NCBI GenBank assembly: GCA_051294375.1
Contig: CM119264.1
Coordinates: 6,776,502-6,840,501, forward strand
Reading direction: 5' to 3'
DNA length: 64,000 bases
DNA from: Paraspadella gotoi
Lineage: Eukaryota > Animalia > Chaetognatha
Each line of letters begins with the position of its first letter. Positions within the stretch are counted from its first letter, which is position 1. The translations under genes and the position numbers were made by a program. Positions 25,430-37,812 of the stretch are shown here, piece after piece. The notes under the pieces were generated by a model that was not told the origin of the DNA, searched no databases, and saw nothing but the letters and a program-made list of their open reading frames with translations.

Positions 25430-26040
25430 TCAGCTTCGACGTTTCTCAACGCAGCCTCGCCCCCACCTCAATAGGGCACGTTTCCAAAACGGGTTTTCGT
25501 CGTGGTCGTCGTCGTCGTCGTCGTCGTCGTTGTCTGTATAGCCGTCGTCGTCAACCCCTTCACCGCGAGGTCGTTCCATTTCCGCGCGATGAGCGACGGC
25601 GGAGGAATTCCATTTCGATGCCAGCGCCATTTTGAAAATCTCGTCGTTGTCATGACTACGATCATTGAGTAACGCCGGGCCTTGCGGCAATCGCAGCTTG
25701 CTGCAATCGCTGCCTTGTCACTGTCATTATTCAATCGTTCACAATTTTTTTTTGTTTTTTGCAGCAAATGGTATTTCGATTGGGATAACAAATTTATGAA
25801 ACGCCCCCAAAAATATGGCCACATGAGGCTCCGACTGTTAAAACAATATTAGGAATTTTTAGGAATTAACGAACTCGTAGAAAATGTCAGTTTTGCCTTT
25901 TGTGTTTATATGGATTACGACTAAGAATGAAGGATGAAAGGGAGAGAATGGGAAAAAGAAAAGAAGGGGAAAAAGGAAAAAAGGAAAAGAAAAATAAAAA
26001 GGGAAAAAATAAAGATAAAAAAATAAAAAAAAGAGGCCAT
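25430..26040 (-). CDS. Candidate secreted W-amide peptide precursor, copy 2
   Basis: Leader MASFFYFFIFIFSLFIFLFLFS..., then MWPYFWGR... (ORF 25468-25824). After one indel it continues ...DDDDHDENPFWKRALLRWGRGCVEKRRS* (ORF 25430-25690). The intron has a CTAAT branch-like motif before TTTTAACAG. Confidence 0.45.
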
Positions 26041-26174
26041 TGAAAAAAAATATTGTAGTTTTTCTTGGAAGCCGTTTCAATTCTGGAGTCTGGCGTCTCG
26101 GAGAAAAATGAGTTGGAAATTGACGTCGCTAATGAACACAGAACACAGTCTCTCTCTCTCTCTCTCTCCTCTCT

Positions 26175-26245
<71 letters not shown>

Positions 26246-26521
26246 TGGAGGAATAAGATCTCAACTCAGCACAACCGAATTAGCCTTGCACAACCCCTCG
26301 CCTTTCTTTTTATATCCTCCTCCCATCCCTCTTTCGCCCCCTCTCTATCTCTATCTCTTTTAACTATCGGCACCGCCTAGATTTTCTCCCTCTCTCTCTC
26401 TCTCAGTCTTTCTTTTATGGTTCTTGAAGAGAATTTCTTCTCTCACTGATTTATCGCCGGAACATCTCATTTTCGATCTTTGGCAGCTTTTGATCTCCGC
26501 CGTTGTCGTCTCCCCCCCCTG

Positions 26522-26606
<85 letters not shown>

Positions 26607-28535
26607 ACTCTTGCTTTTCAAAATTCCCTTTCATCTTTACTGATTCTGCCCCCTTTGACTGACAATGGATGGAGCGCTCCATCCAATTCGTTCTTTCAAT
26701 CCCGAATCTCTCTCGCCAATTGCTTTATTCTAAGTCTTCGGCCATTGACGATTACAATTGCAGTTTTTCGTCGATTCTTAAGAATATTGTCGAATGTAGA
26801 TGGTTGGCTATCTGCAGCGTTGGGAGACCAAACCGATTCATTCTTTTATAAAAATCATTCGATTCGAATTCCGTTTTCCGTCATCCACAGGAGACGCTTT
26901 TGTTGTTGCCGTTAATCGTCCTAGCTAAAGCCTCGGTTAAAATCCTTTTTACACTTACAGCTAATCTGATAACGTTTTTTTCACTTAATGTATAATAGTA
27001 TTCTCTTGGAACTTCACCGAACAGGAGTTCTAAAGAACAACGACGTTTTACGCTTTCATTTTCTTCCACCGAGATACTTTGCTGAAAGGCATATTTACAT
27101 TTCATCTTAAGGCTTAACGTGTGAATCGATACGCTTCTGTTAGCATAAAGAAAAACTTCGTTATCATGGTTACCGTAAACAGTATATATACAATTATACA
27201 TCCTTCGCTTAACTCAATGATCGATCCAGTCTTCATTTTGGTTCTTTTATTACTCCTTTTGTTTACTCTTATCGGTTTTTCCTCCCCCTTCCATTCGCCT
27301 GTTGACCTTTATTTTTTTCTTATATTTTTTTTTTGTTGCTTTTTTGAGCTGAGGGGAACAGGCAGTTTGGTAGGTATACGAGGTGGGCGGATGGAGAAAA
27401 AAGCATTCCATTGTGGGTGGCAGCGGTAGCTTTAACCGGGTGAAGACTTGTGCTAATGAGAATAAGAGATCAGGAAAGTAATTTTAGGTAGCTCTCTGGT
27501 TGAAGCAGATGGTGGATTACGATTGCAGGTGGCTGAAGGGCGCGGTATAGTGAGTAGCAGGTGCAATTGGAAGAGACAATGCCAAAGTGAACTTCGCCAT
27601 TTAATTGCATCTCGTCAAACGTTTTTTTAGAGACGAAGAATAAACGAGATTTTTATCTTTACTTGACTTAGAAAAAGTAAACTTTGAACGCGTTTCACAA
27701 ATTGTCGCTTTAAATAACAAACGCGATCCTTTATTGCCAAATTCTTTCTCTAGGCACGAATTAGCGCAGGCCAATGAACAACCGTTTCAAACGACGTTTA
27801 CATTTGTCTTCATTTTCTTGCGACCCAATACATTTATGAAAATTTGCAAATACCTGTTTCACTATTTTCTATTTTTATATTTCATGAAGGATTTAGTATT
27901 TAATATATATTATTTAATCAAATATATATTGTTTTTTTTCTTAAAAATTTATTACCTATCATTATATCTAATAACTCAATTTGGGAAGAGAAGTGAGGGT
28001 GTCTTCTTTTTCAGGTTCTCAGCCTTTTTATTTCCACTTTTTTATGATTGTTTGTTTGGTTGTTTTCATCTTTTACATCTCTGTTCTTCGTTTCTACGAT
28101 TCTTTTTTTTCCTTACTATTTTAGCCTTTTCTATCTTTTTTCGGCTTCCATATTTTCCAAAGGATGGATTATCACCATGGAGACTGTGAATCCCTCTCAC
28201 CAAATCCGCTTTCCAAATCCTCGGCTTGTGTTTCCTCTTTCGCAGCAGCCGCTCTGTAGTGACGGCGCCGCGTCGGACCTCCGCTGACTACCTCGAAAAT
28301 CTTCTTTTATCTTATCTTTTTAACTGTCTTTCACTGTCACTTTTTAACTGTCACTGCGTCCAGTTATGTTAATAATTTTACTTTCATTGTCAAATTTTCT
28401 TGATGTTCGTTGCAAAACGATTAGATTATCTGCAATTCTGCATCCTGTCAGGAAGATTTGCATATCCTGACTTTCTTCCGCTACCTTTTTTAGTTTCTAT
28501 TGAGCTTCTTTCGTTGAGGTTCATTTAAATTGCCA

Positions 28536-28603
<68 letters not shown>

Positions 28604-31600
28604 ATTATCTCCTTTCTCGCCCACGTATTCGTCTGCCCTTTCTCTTCACCTCCTTCTCCTCTTACTAATTCTCTCCCCCTTTTGATTTCTCACCTCCTCC
28701 TCTTCATCCTCCTCCTCCTTCTCCTCCTCCTTCTCCTCCTCCTCTCCTCTCCTGCTCCTTTGTACTTTCCTCCATTTGCTTCTCCGTTGCATTTTGCGCC
28801 GTTTCTCTCCAGGACGCTTTCCTTTCCAATTCGCCTCCGCAACTTTTCTCTCTTTTTTTTTGGTTCGGGACGCAAAAGATCGATTCTCGGTTTCATCATC
28901 CTCTGCCATCAAGATGACTCTGCCATTACGATTCTAAGTCATTCTCTCAATCGCGATTCGCCATCAACCTTGCCATCACGATTCGCCGTCACCCTCTGCC
29001 ATTGCGATTTGCTATCATCATCCGGTATCGGAATTTCTCCACTTTTCTGTTTTGTAACCATTAGTTTCTCTCATCAATGTTATACTGACCTCCTTTTTTA
29101 TTGCTTCAGCTCCAGAATGAACCTTATTATACTAATGATTACATTCTTTGAACATCGAAACTTTTATTTACTGATTTTATAAGTAAACAAAAAATATCAG
29201 TTGTGACGCGTCCTCAAACATGCGCGTATACTAGACGGTCTGTTCAGTCGATCTTTTAGCCCCCTGACCTTACAGCAAAGATGAATTTTTACCTTCTCCG
29301 GGAATCTCAGGCTGTCTCAATTACACTGCCTGACAGTGCACGTTCGTTTGTAGTGTGTTTGTCGTTATTTGTTGTTTGTTTGTTTCTCGTTATGATTGAT
29401 ATATGCTTTTTTATCATTTTGAAAATCTGTCAATATATAATTCACCTCTGACAATCAAAAACGTATCGATGTCTTTTTCTTTCTGCCTGGTATGAATTAG
29501 ACATCATTCAATTTTTCGTGTTTTTTTTTAGAAGTAGAATTTTGGAAAAATCTTCTAACGTTACTTTAGTAGAATAAAAAGTAAAATTTAACTTTTATCC
29601 AAATTTTGACTAAATAGTAAATAACAAATTTTCAATTCTCTAATTTCCAAACTTCAGCTTAGAAATGAAACGAATTAAAATATAAACGTATTAAAAAATA
29701 AAAGACTTTCAAGCGCAAATATGCGTAAGAGGGCCTGAGAGTGCGATAAAAAAACTTCTTGAAACCAAACTCGTTGCAGCCCAATGAGCCATTGAACGAG
29801 TCCTGGCTTGGAACCATGACTTGAGGTTTTTTTCCATGGGGCCCCTGGTGCGTTTCAAGAGCGACCTCTCGCTTCCTCACGATCCTTTGTACCTATTGGT
29901 CATTGAGCCTTATGGTATTTACTCAATTGCTTACTAGTGTCGGGGCGAACTTATGCAATGCACGACTTACAAATATGAATACATTGAATTTCGAAACACC
30001 TGGTCTTTTGTAACTCCAAGGGTTTGTCTATGTTAGAAAATCAAAAACGTTAACTGCTAAAGTTTTAAAACTTTAACGGATATTAAAATTAAAGCTTAAA
30101 TTTTGATTTCACTTTCGAGTTTCAATCGATACGAAAATGTTTTTTTTCGTTCTTTTAATTTTTTTCGTTTTTTTCATCTCCTCACTTCAATTTCCTTCTT
30201 TTCTATTTGATTTACTTTTTCCCTTCATTATTTTTTCCTTTCTTTTTTCTTTCTCCCCTCGAAATAATATTCGTAAAATTATTTTTCCCTAGAAATTCCT
30301 CTCGCCGTTAATCAAGGGAAAAAGGTTTTCACCTGAATCGTACACAAAAAAAAAATCTGTCAGGCAAAACGGATTTATTCATGTATTGTCTTATCGCAAT
30401 CTCTCTCNNNNNNNNNNNNNNNNNNNNNNNNNTTCATTGTTGAAAATACCCGTATAGAAATCACTGCCTATAGTTTCGCAGTATTATTAAATTTACATTT
30501 TATAACAATTATTATAATTCGTTTTCGTTATCTCTTTAAAGAGGAAAGTCGGAAATGGAATTACACATTGGGGAATTTTCGACGACAGCTGCGACCACAG
30601 GGGCCTTAACTCACAATTGTTCTGGCAAGGTAACTCACCCTTTCAATGTGACGAGTGGGAACCTTCCTTTTTTTTTGGATTTCGCATTGAAGCAGACTGT
30701 ACCGACAGTTTATTCAAAAGTACAACTGTACAGATTAACGTTAAACAATGACGAACTTCCGCTTCCGGGAGGGTGCACCATAGGATGATGTTGAGAAAAT
30801 TATGTTTGTAGTAAACGACCAAAAAAACTCTTGAACCTAAAAAACATTTCACGCTTAAAATAGAAAAAAAAATCTGCGCAGTAAATTCGCTTTTAAATAG
30901 AGTAGAAAATGTTGTGTACGACTACTGTTTTCAATAGGAGCCTGAAATAAAGCTTGCTCAATGGGAATAAGCTTGGTGAATTCTCATCCCAGTCAAACAC
31001 TCCATCACATTCCACAACTCGTGCTCATTGCTTGGTAGTCAGTACCTACGATTACCTACCAACCACAACTAAAGAATCTCTTTTCCTCCACATGCAGGGT
31101 CACGACGACCCCACTTCCGTCCTCACCCACAACCGCCCACCGACGCAAAATGCCCACGCCCGGTTTCGCTTATGGAGCGGGGCGGCTGGGCCGCCCGCGC
31201 GTTTCCCTCTGCCTCCCGCCAAACGACGAAGGCTTCCGGACGCTGGCTCCATTATTTAAATCGGAGTCGAGGATCCCGGGAAAGTCTCAAGGCCGAAGGG
31301 GGGGGAGGAATGAGGGAATTATTAAAAGAAAAGCGCGCGAGTGAGGGTAGGGGGAAACGAAGAGGAAGAAATGTTCAGAGGTGATTTAGGGGGACATGAG
31401 ACGAGAAAAAGGGGGACGTGGGAAATTAGTGCGAAAACAAAAGGGAGGAAATGAGGAAAATAATCAGAAAGTTCAGCCGAAGTTAATGCAATTTGTATTC
31501 TTTCTGTCTCTGTTGCTTAGATTAACATCTTACAAATGATTAGAATGGATTATATAAAATAATATTACTATATATTATACAACACTCTGCATTAAAAAGT

Positions 31601-34587
31601 AAGTTTATAAAGAATTTTCCGCCCATTTTGACCCTAAGCAAAAATAATGATGAGAAGAATAACATGCAAAATGGGCTCTTATCTCCATCTCTCTCTCTCG
31701 TCCGATTCTCATGTCCTTCCTTCTTCACTCATCTCTCAGTCACTCTCCCTCGCTGTTCCCTCTTCTCATCTTTCCATTCTCCTCTCTCATCTCTTCTGCC
31801 CTCCTCCTCTCTCCTCCCTTGACTCCACCACAAAAGGAAGTGCGTTCAGGAAGAAAAAGGGTGGCGAGAACTAGTCAAGCGGAAGCAGGACAAAGACAGT
31901 AAGGGTGGTTAAGTAACAGAGGGGTGACTGCAGAGGCAAGGAAAAGTGTGTGAAAGGGGCAAAGGTCAGGAAAGGTGAGGGCAGGCCACTAAGTATACGT
32001 ATAGTTAATAGGAAGTGTGTGAGGCAGAGACAGTGTGTAAAGGTTTGGTAAGGTGTTTGGTAAGGTGTTTGGTAAGGTGTCTTGAAGGGAGGGAATAGCC
32101 AGATAAACTGTGTAGGAGCAAAGGAAGTCTAGAGACAAAAAAAAATGGCAAGAGTGAAGATGAACTGAGGCAGGGGAGTTGATGCGAGATGGGAGGAATA
32201 GAAAGAAAGTCAAATGATTACGAAGAAACGAGAAAAAGGAAGGGTCAGCCGTGAAAGGGGGAAAAAATTTGAATAGAAATGTGGGTGTTTATCGCACCGA
32301 TATTGTAAGGGGGAAAAGAAAACTAAAAAGCTTCTCGGTGGACAATAGAGAAGGAAGAGTGAAAACTTAGGAAGAGGAAAAAGAGAGATACGAATGGGAA
32401 GCAAATCGAATAAAGAGGTAAGAAGGTCACGCGAGGTTACTTTGGCTAATGGAAGATAGAGACAGAGAGATCATAGTAATAGAGTTAAGGAGAGAACGAG
32501 GAACAGAGAGAGAGAGATAGATTGTTAGTAAAATGCAAAAGACTTGGTTTGAGAGAAAAAGTAAAGAGTCGGTAAAAAATTTTAAAAAAATATACGATCA
32601 TTATTGATTATAAAATATGCTAATTAGAAAAATAATAAAACAAAAATTCAAAAAAAAATAAATTTATGATTATCATTAAAGTAAAAGTTATTAGTTATGA
32701 ATAAAAATAAATAAATGAAGGAAAAAAATTGAATGATAAGGAAAATGTCATGCTTGTGGCTTTTCAGTTGGATTTTCTTGACCATTTAATGATTTGGTTT
32801 TAGCAACTGTATATTTTAGACTTTTAATAGAACCATTTTGGCTTATATCTTTATTTGATGTGATTTGATAAACTGATAAATTGATAGACCGACAAACCAA
32901 ATGAAATGTGGCGCTTACTATAAAATCGAAATCAGGATCTAAAACGACGGGAGATTGATGGAATTGAGAATCGTGGGGGGAGGGCGGGATGGAGGGGGGG
33001 CGTGGGTTGGAGGAGGGGTGAGCGTGAAAAAAAGGGCGAGCTCGTGAAATTGAGGGAAAACGGATTCAACTTCGACATCTGTCTTTTTTTGTTTTTTTTT
33101 TATGGTATTTCCCCCACTCGAGTAATTACCTATTTATTTATTATTTATTATCACTCTATAGTTTTTGTAAATATCAGTTTTGTTTTGTTTACTTCCTTTT
33201 TTCAACGTAATGTTTGTCGTTTAAGAAAAAAGGGACATGAAGTGTGTTTTTGTTGTTGGGCCGAAAAAAAAAAGCGGTTGTAGCAAAACAACAGAGTCGT
33301 TAACCCAAACAGAAGGGAACAAAGAAAGCGGAAAAAGTGTCGCAATTTTCGGGCGAAATTACCGATTTCCATTTTGTACTCCGCCCTGCGGGTCGGTTGA
33401 CTTTGCTCGAGACTTTAGTGCTCCAATATTCTGTGGAGGACGGTGGTCTCAGCGATTAATCTGTTCCAGTTGTTCCCTACATTTTTTTTACAGTTTTTAT
33501 TGTCGTTTTAACTTCCGTATAATCCAGCCCCTTATGTAACTTTGTAGTTTTTTTAATTAAAACTTAGAACGTTTGAGTTTAGGATAAACAATGATTTTTA
33601 TTTATCGTTGTTTATCCTAAAATTAAAAGCACAACGAAAAGAAAGGATTTCCTATAATTACAACTTAAAATGGGGCCAAGATGTTGAATAACGATGAGCA
33701 GAAATTCTGAAATCCTTTAAACCTCATACATTTCTCACTTAAATACTTTAACGAATGTCTAATGTCAATAAAAACTGAATCACGAACGCGCAAAATTTAG
33801 GATTGTTAAGATTACACAAGTTAAGCTCCTCCAAGGCTCCTCAAGGCTTGGCTGCCAGGGGGTTTAAACGTGGAACAGAAAAGGAAGCTTGAGAAGGAGG
33901 CGTGAGGGTGGCGCTCGGAAGGGACACATCCGGCGCCAACTCAATTGAAGCAAAGAAAAGAAAAAAGTGTCTTCTTGTTAACTTGTGAAAATTTCATGAG
34001 TTTTTTTTTTTCTCCTTTCCCGGATCTTTCCGCCTATTTGCCAAGAATTGGGGTTTTGGTTCTTTTCTTTTTTCATTTTTTTCTTACAGTTATATAATAT
34101 ATATATTCTTGGAACGGAATAATTATGTATAATAATAATAATAATTATGTACTGTGGCGGTTATTAATGTCACATTCGAAAATTTTTGACTTTACCCAAT
34201 ACCATCACCGAGGCAAAAAGGATTGGAATCAAGCGAACGACGTTTTTAACGGGACTTTGCCTTTCCTTAACCATTTTCATTATTTTTTCAAGAACTCAAA
34301 TCTCGGTATATTTACGTATGCGAATATTGAGCATGCCTTATGCATTCGATTCATTCCAATTAGTTCAGAGTTTTGACAAGCTAAGTCGTGACTTTTCTCA
34401 ATGACGGTTGTTATTAAAAAAAAACAAAAAAAAAAACAAATAATTGTCGATCCGATTTAAGCCCCTATGAAAAAAAAAACGGAAGAAGAAACTGTTCCTG
34501 TTTGGGAACAGAATTGAGAATCGGAGAGATTTTTAATGTCATTACAGATTCGGAATCCAGGGAAAAAATTCAAAACCAAAAAAAAAA

Positions 34588-34810
34588 ATGTTTTTCTTCA
34601 TGTTTTTCGTCGTGTTTTCTTCGACGACGTTTTCTTCTTCGTCCTGTGCCAACGAAACGACGCCACCGTCCTCTCCTCCGGCGTCGCAGCTCAACGAATC
34701 GTCTTTCGGCGTCTTTTGGAACGCGCCGTCGGACTCCTGCGCCCGACGCGGCGTCAAATTAGACTTGGACAAATACGAAATCAAGCACAACCCGAACTTG
34801 GAATTTTTGG
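34588..34810 (+). CDS. HYAL: Hyaluronidase exon 1 (signal peptide and start of GH56 domain)
   Basis: MFFFMFFVVFSSTTFSSSSCANE...FGVFWNAPSDSCARRGVKLDLDKYEIKHNPNLEFLG, donor GTAAAA. Confidence 0.92.
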
Positions 34811-37716
34811 GTAAAAATTTGGGGTTTTTTTTATTCGAAGTAAAATATCGGAAAATATATAGACAATAAAATATTGGCTTCTGGATCAAGAACTTGGTTA
34901 ATAGTTATTTTTGATTTTACCAATAAAGTCACCGCATCATGGCTTCCGAATTTGACATCATATTCGTCATTTCATCTTTCAAAATATCAAAATATTATGC
35001 CTCAAGGGAATCGTCAACTTCATATGATGTCACTCAAAATATTTAGCGAATCTAAGAAAAGAGAATCCAACAGAATTCCGTTTTTCTGAGCCAAAATGAA
35101 ATTTCACGATTATCATAAAAATTGCCTGACTGTCGGTCAGCTTTTTCGTTGTATTATTGTTGGCAGCAAAAAAAAAAAAAAACATTTTGAAACAGGTGTT
35201 AGTTCGTTAACCTTTTGTGAAAGAAAATAAACTTTAAATTCGAGGACCCGTTATATCCTTGTTTTACGCCGACTTCACAAACTTCGGGGCTTTCCCATAT
35301 TTCGACTCTCGAGGAAAACCGGTTAACGGAGGAATACCTCAGCTCGCCAACCTTACCCTTCATTTACTGAGGGTAATTAATTCTTATAATTTTTTCATAT
35401 TTGAAATTTAACATGTGACATATATTCAAATATAAAATGACTCCGCTTGTTTTTTCTCGTGAAACAGATACGAGATCACGTGACGTCCGCCTTGACGCCC
35501 GATTTTTCCGGTTTAGCGATCATCGACTTTGAACAGTGGCGCCCGACCTTCGATCGTAATTGGGACAAACTCAAGATCTACAAAGACAAGTCCGTCGAAT
35601 ATGTCAAACGACGATATCCTCAAAAGTCCGAGGAGCAAGCACTGGTAACGAAAAATTGTTTGTCTTTATTCTCATTTGCATATTGAAGTAATTTTTGTAA
35701 CAAAATCTTAAAAGAATTACCTAAAGAAATTTGTTCCGGTAGAGACAAATTAGGCGCGATAAAAAGGAATTATTTAGATTGTTAATAAATTAATTTAATT
35801 AAACTCTTGTTATGGCGTTAAAATTATTTATATATAATAAGCTTTGAATATTTGACAAAACGAAATGTCGTTTAAAAAGACAAAAGTAAAGTATAAAAAG
35901 GCGAAAAGAAGCTTTTTCATCACAAGAGGCGGTAAGCTCATCTAGGGAACCACTTAACGGTCGTTCTGGCCGAACCTTCGTTCCCGAGAAGGTCTGAGAA
36001 TGGATCGTCAACCCTCTAGAAGGGGGCGCCTTTAAGGGGCGGTGAGAGCACCAGAAATACGGCCCTACCCGTTGCCAATGCGCATGACTCCGAGCTCCCT
36101 TGGAGCGAAGAGGACGCGGCAGTCGGGTCAGGTTGTGAAGCTCTCATGATCCGCGAACTGAAGCACAATTGGTGAGATCCTCGCCTGTGAGGAAATTCAA
36201 TTCAGACTACTCTGCCACCTCTACCTTTTTATATGTTTTATAAGTCTTTTAGTCTAATTTGCATATTCCGGGAGGGGAACAAGATTAGTTTTTCTCTTTA
36301 ACTCAGCTTTAAAAAAGGAGAGAGTACGACTTAATTTATTCATACGACTCTCATATTGCACTCTCTTCTTTTAATCTCATTTACATATTGCAGTGAAAAA
36401 CTAATTTACTTTTCACGGAAAAGTTGGGACATTTCTATTTAAATTCATAATTTGTCACCGGTTAATAAAAACTAAACAATAAAAATATTCCGATAGTTTG
36501 TCATTAAAAAAATACTCACTAACTCAAAATATAAATTTCACGTAAATTAAAGAAAGGCTTAAGGAAACGGATCTCGATTACCCATCTGAAAGGAGCATTT
36601 ATAAACGATACGATCCGTCGATATTCGTTGTAGCCGCGAAGATCCAATTTCGGAATCACACAATAGCACACCGTTGCTACATATCATTCCGGAGAAATTC
36701 CCTGCATCTCTGGTAGAAAGTACTGACCGTAAAGGTGAAATTCCGGCGGCAACGTGCGTTCATTGGCCATGACCTCGTCAGAGGGAGCCGCGCAGCCCCG
36801 GAATCATGAGAGCAAAGAAATTTGGATGCGACGCTACGGCGGCGTACTAGAACAGGGATTACTCTCGCGCTACTCACTTTTTACCTCATTTTTCGAATTT
36901 GTTTAATACGTGTCCTTGGTTTGTTTATTTTTACGTACTGTACTAGCTCTGATGCCATATTACGTTTATTTCCACGGAGTCGAGAATTACGGGTGTGATA
37001 ATTTGTACTTTGGCGGTTGTATAACGATAATACCAACGTCGTACATATTTTATTCGATTTTACTTTATTAGTAATAGTGTGATCCTTTTTTTACTCGGAC
37101 GAATATTCGGGCAAAGCGAAAATTTCGATATTTTCTCGAAAAATTGTTCTCTTTTGCAAATCCCCACGGTTTCGAGGTTTGACCCCATCTGAGCATTTGT
37201 CCTTTTCGAAATAAACGACTTTGGATTCGGCAGGGTCTCGAGAGATCTTGCAGGGAAACTAATAGTGGGGATGCAGGGTCCCCTCAAATAGTTATTTCGA
37301 AAGTTTTTAGTGACAATTTATTCTGGGAATCTCTGCAGGCTGCAATGATAGGAAATTTGCTTCGATCTTTGTAGAAAACCTAATCTAAATCTTTGCAGGT
37401 AACCTTGTAGATAAGTTTTAATGGCAAATATCTCTAAATGGAATTAAACAGATATTTTGGCAAGGATCTCGGCAGGGTATCCACAGAGATCTCGGTGGGG
37501 AAATCGTTAGAAACTCATCATCTGTCTCCCACCTCCCGATTCCGTTGAGAGGAGCGAAAAAGTTTCTCCTTCATCCCCAGGGACAAAAGACTCATCTTCA
37601 TCGTCATTCTCAGAAACGATTCTCTCTCTCTCTCGTTTCTTTACGTCTCGCTCACCGTCTCTCCGTCTCTTTCTCACTATTCATTTCTTTCCTTTTTATT
37701 TTTCCTCCATCCCTCG

Positions 37717-37812
<96 letters not shown>

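Larger units (their letters stand above)
22815..30398 (-). repeat. Right arm of the ~17 kb inverted repeat, ending at a 25-N gap
   Basis: Reverse complement of 13263-21207, differing mainly by homopolymer-length indels. Confidence 0.97.

Noticed and set aside
36755-36785. Minus-strand CUGACGA-GGUC-AU-GGCC hammerhead-like start
   Set aside because: Not followed by GAAA or an NUH site.
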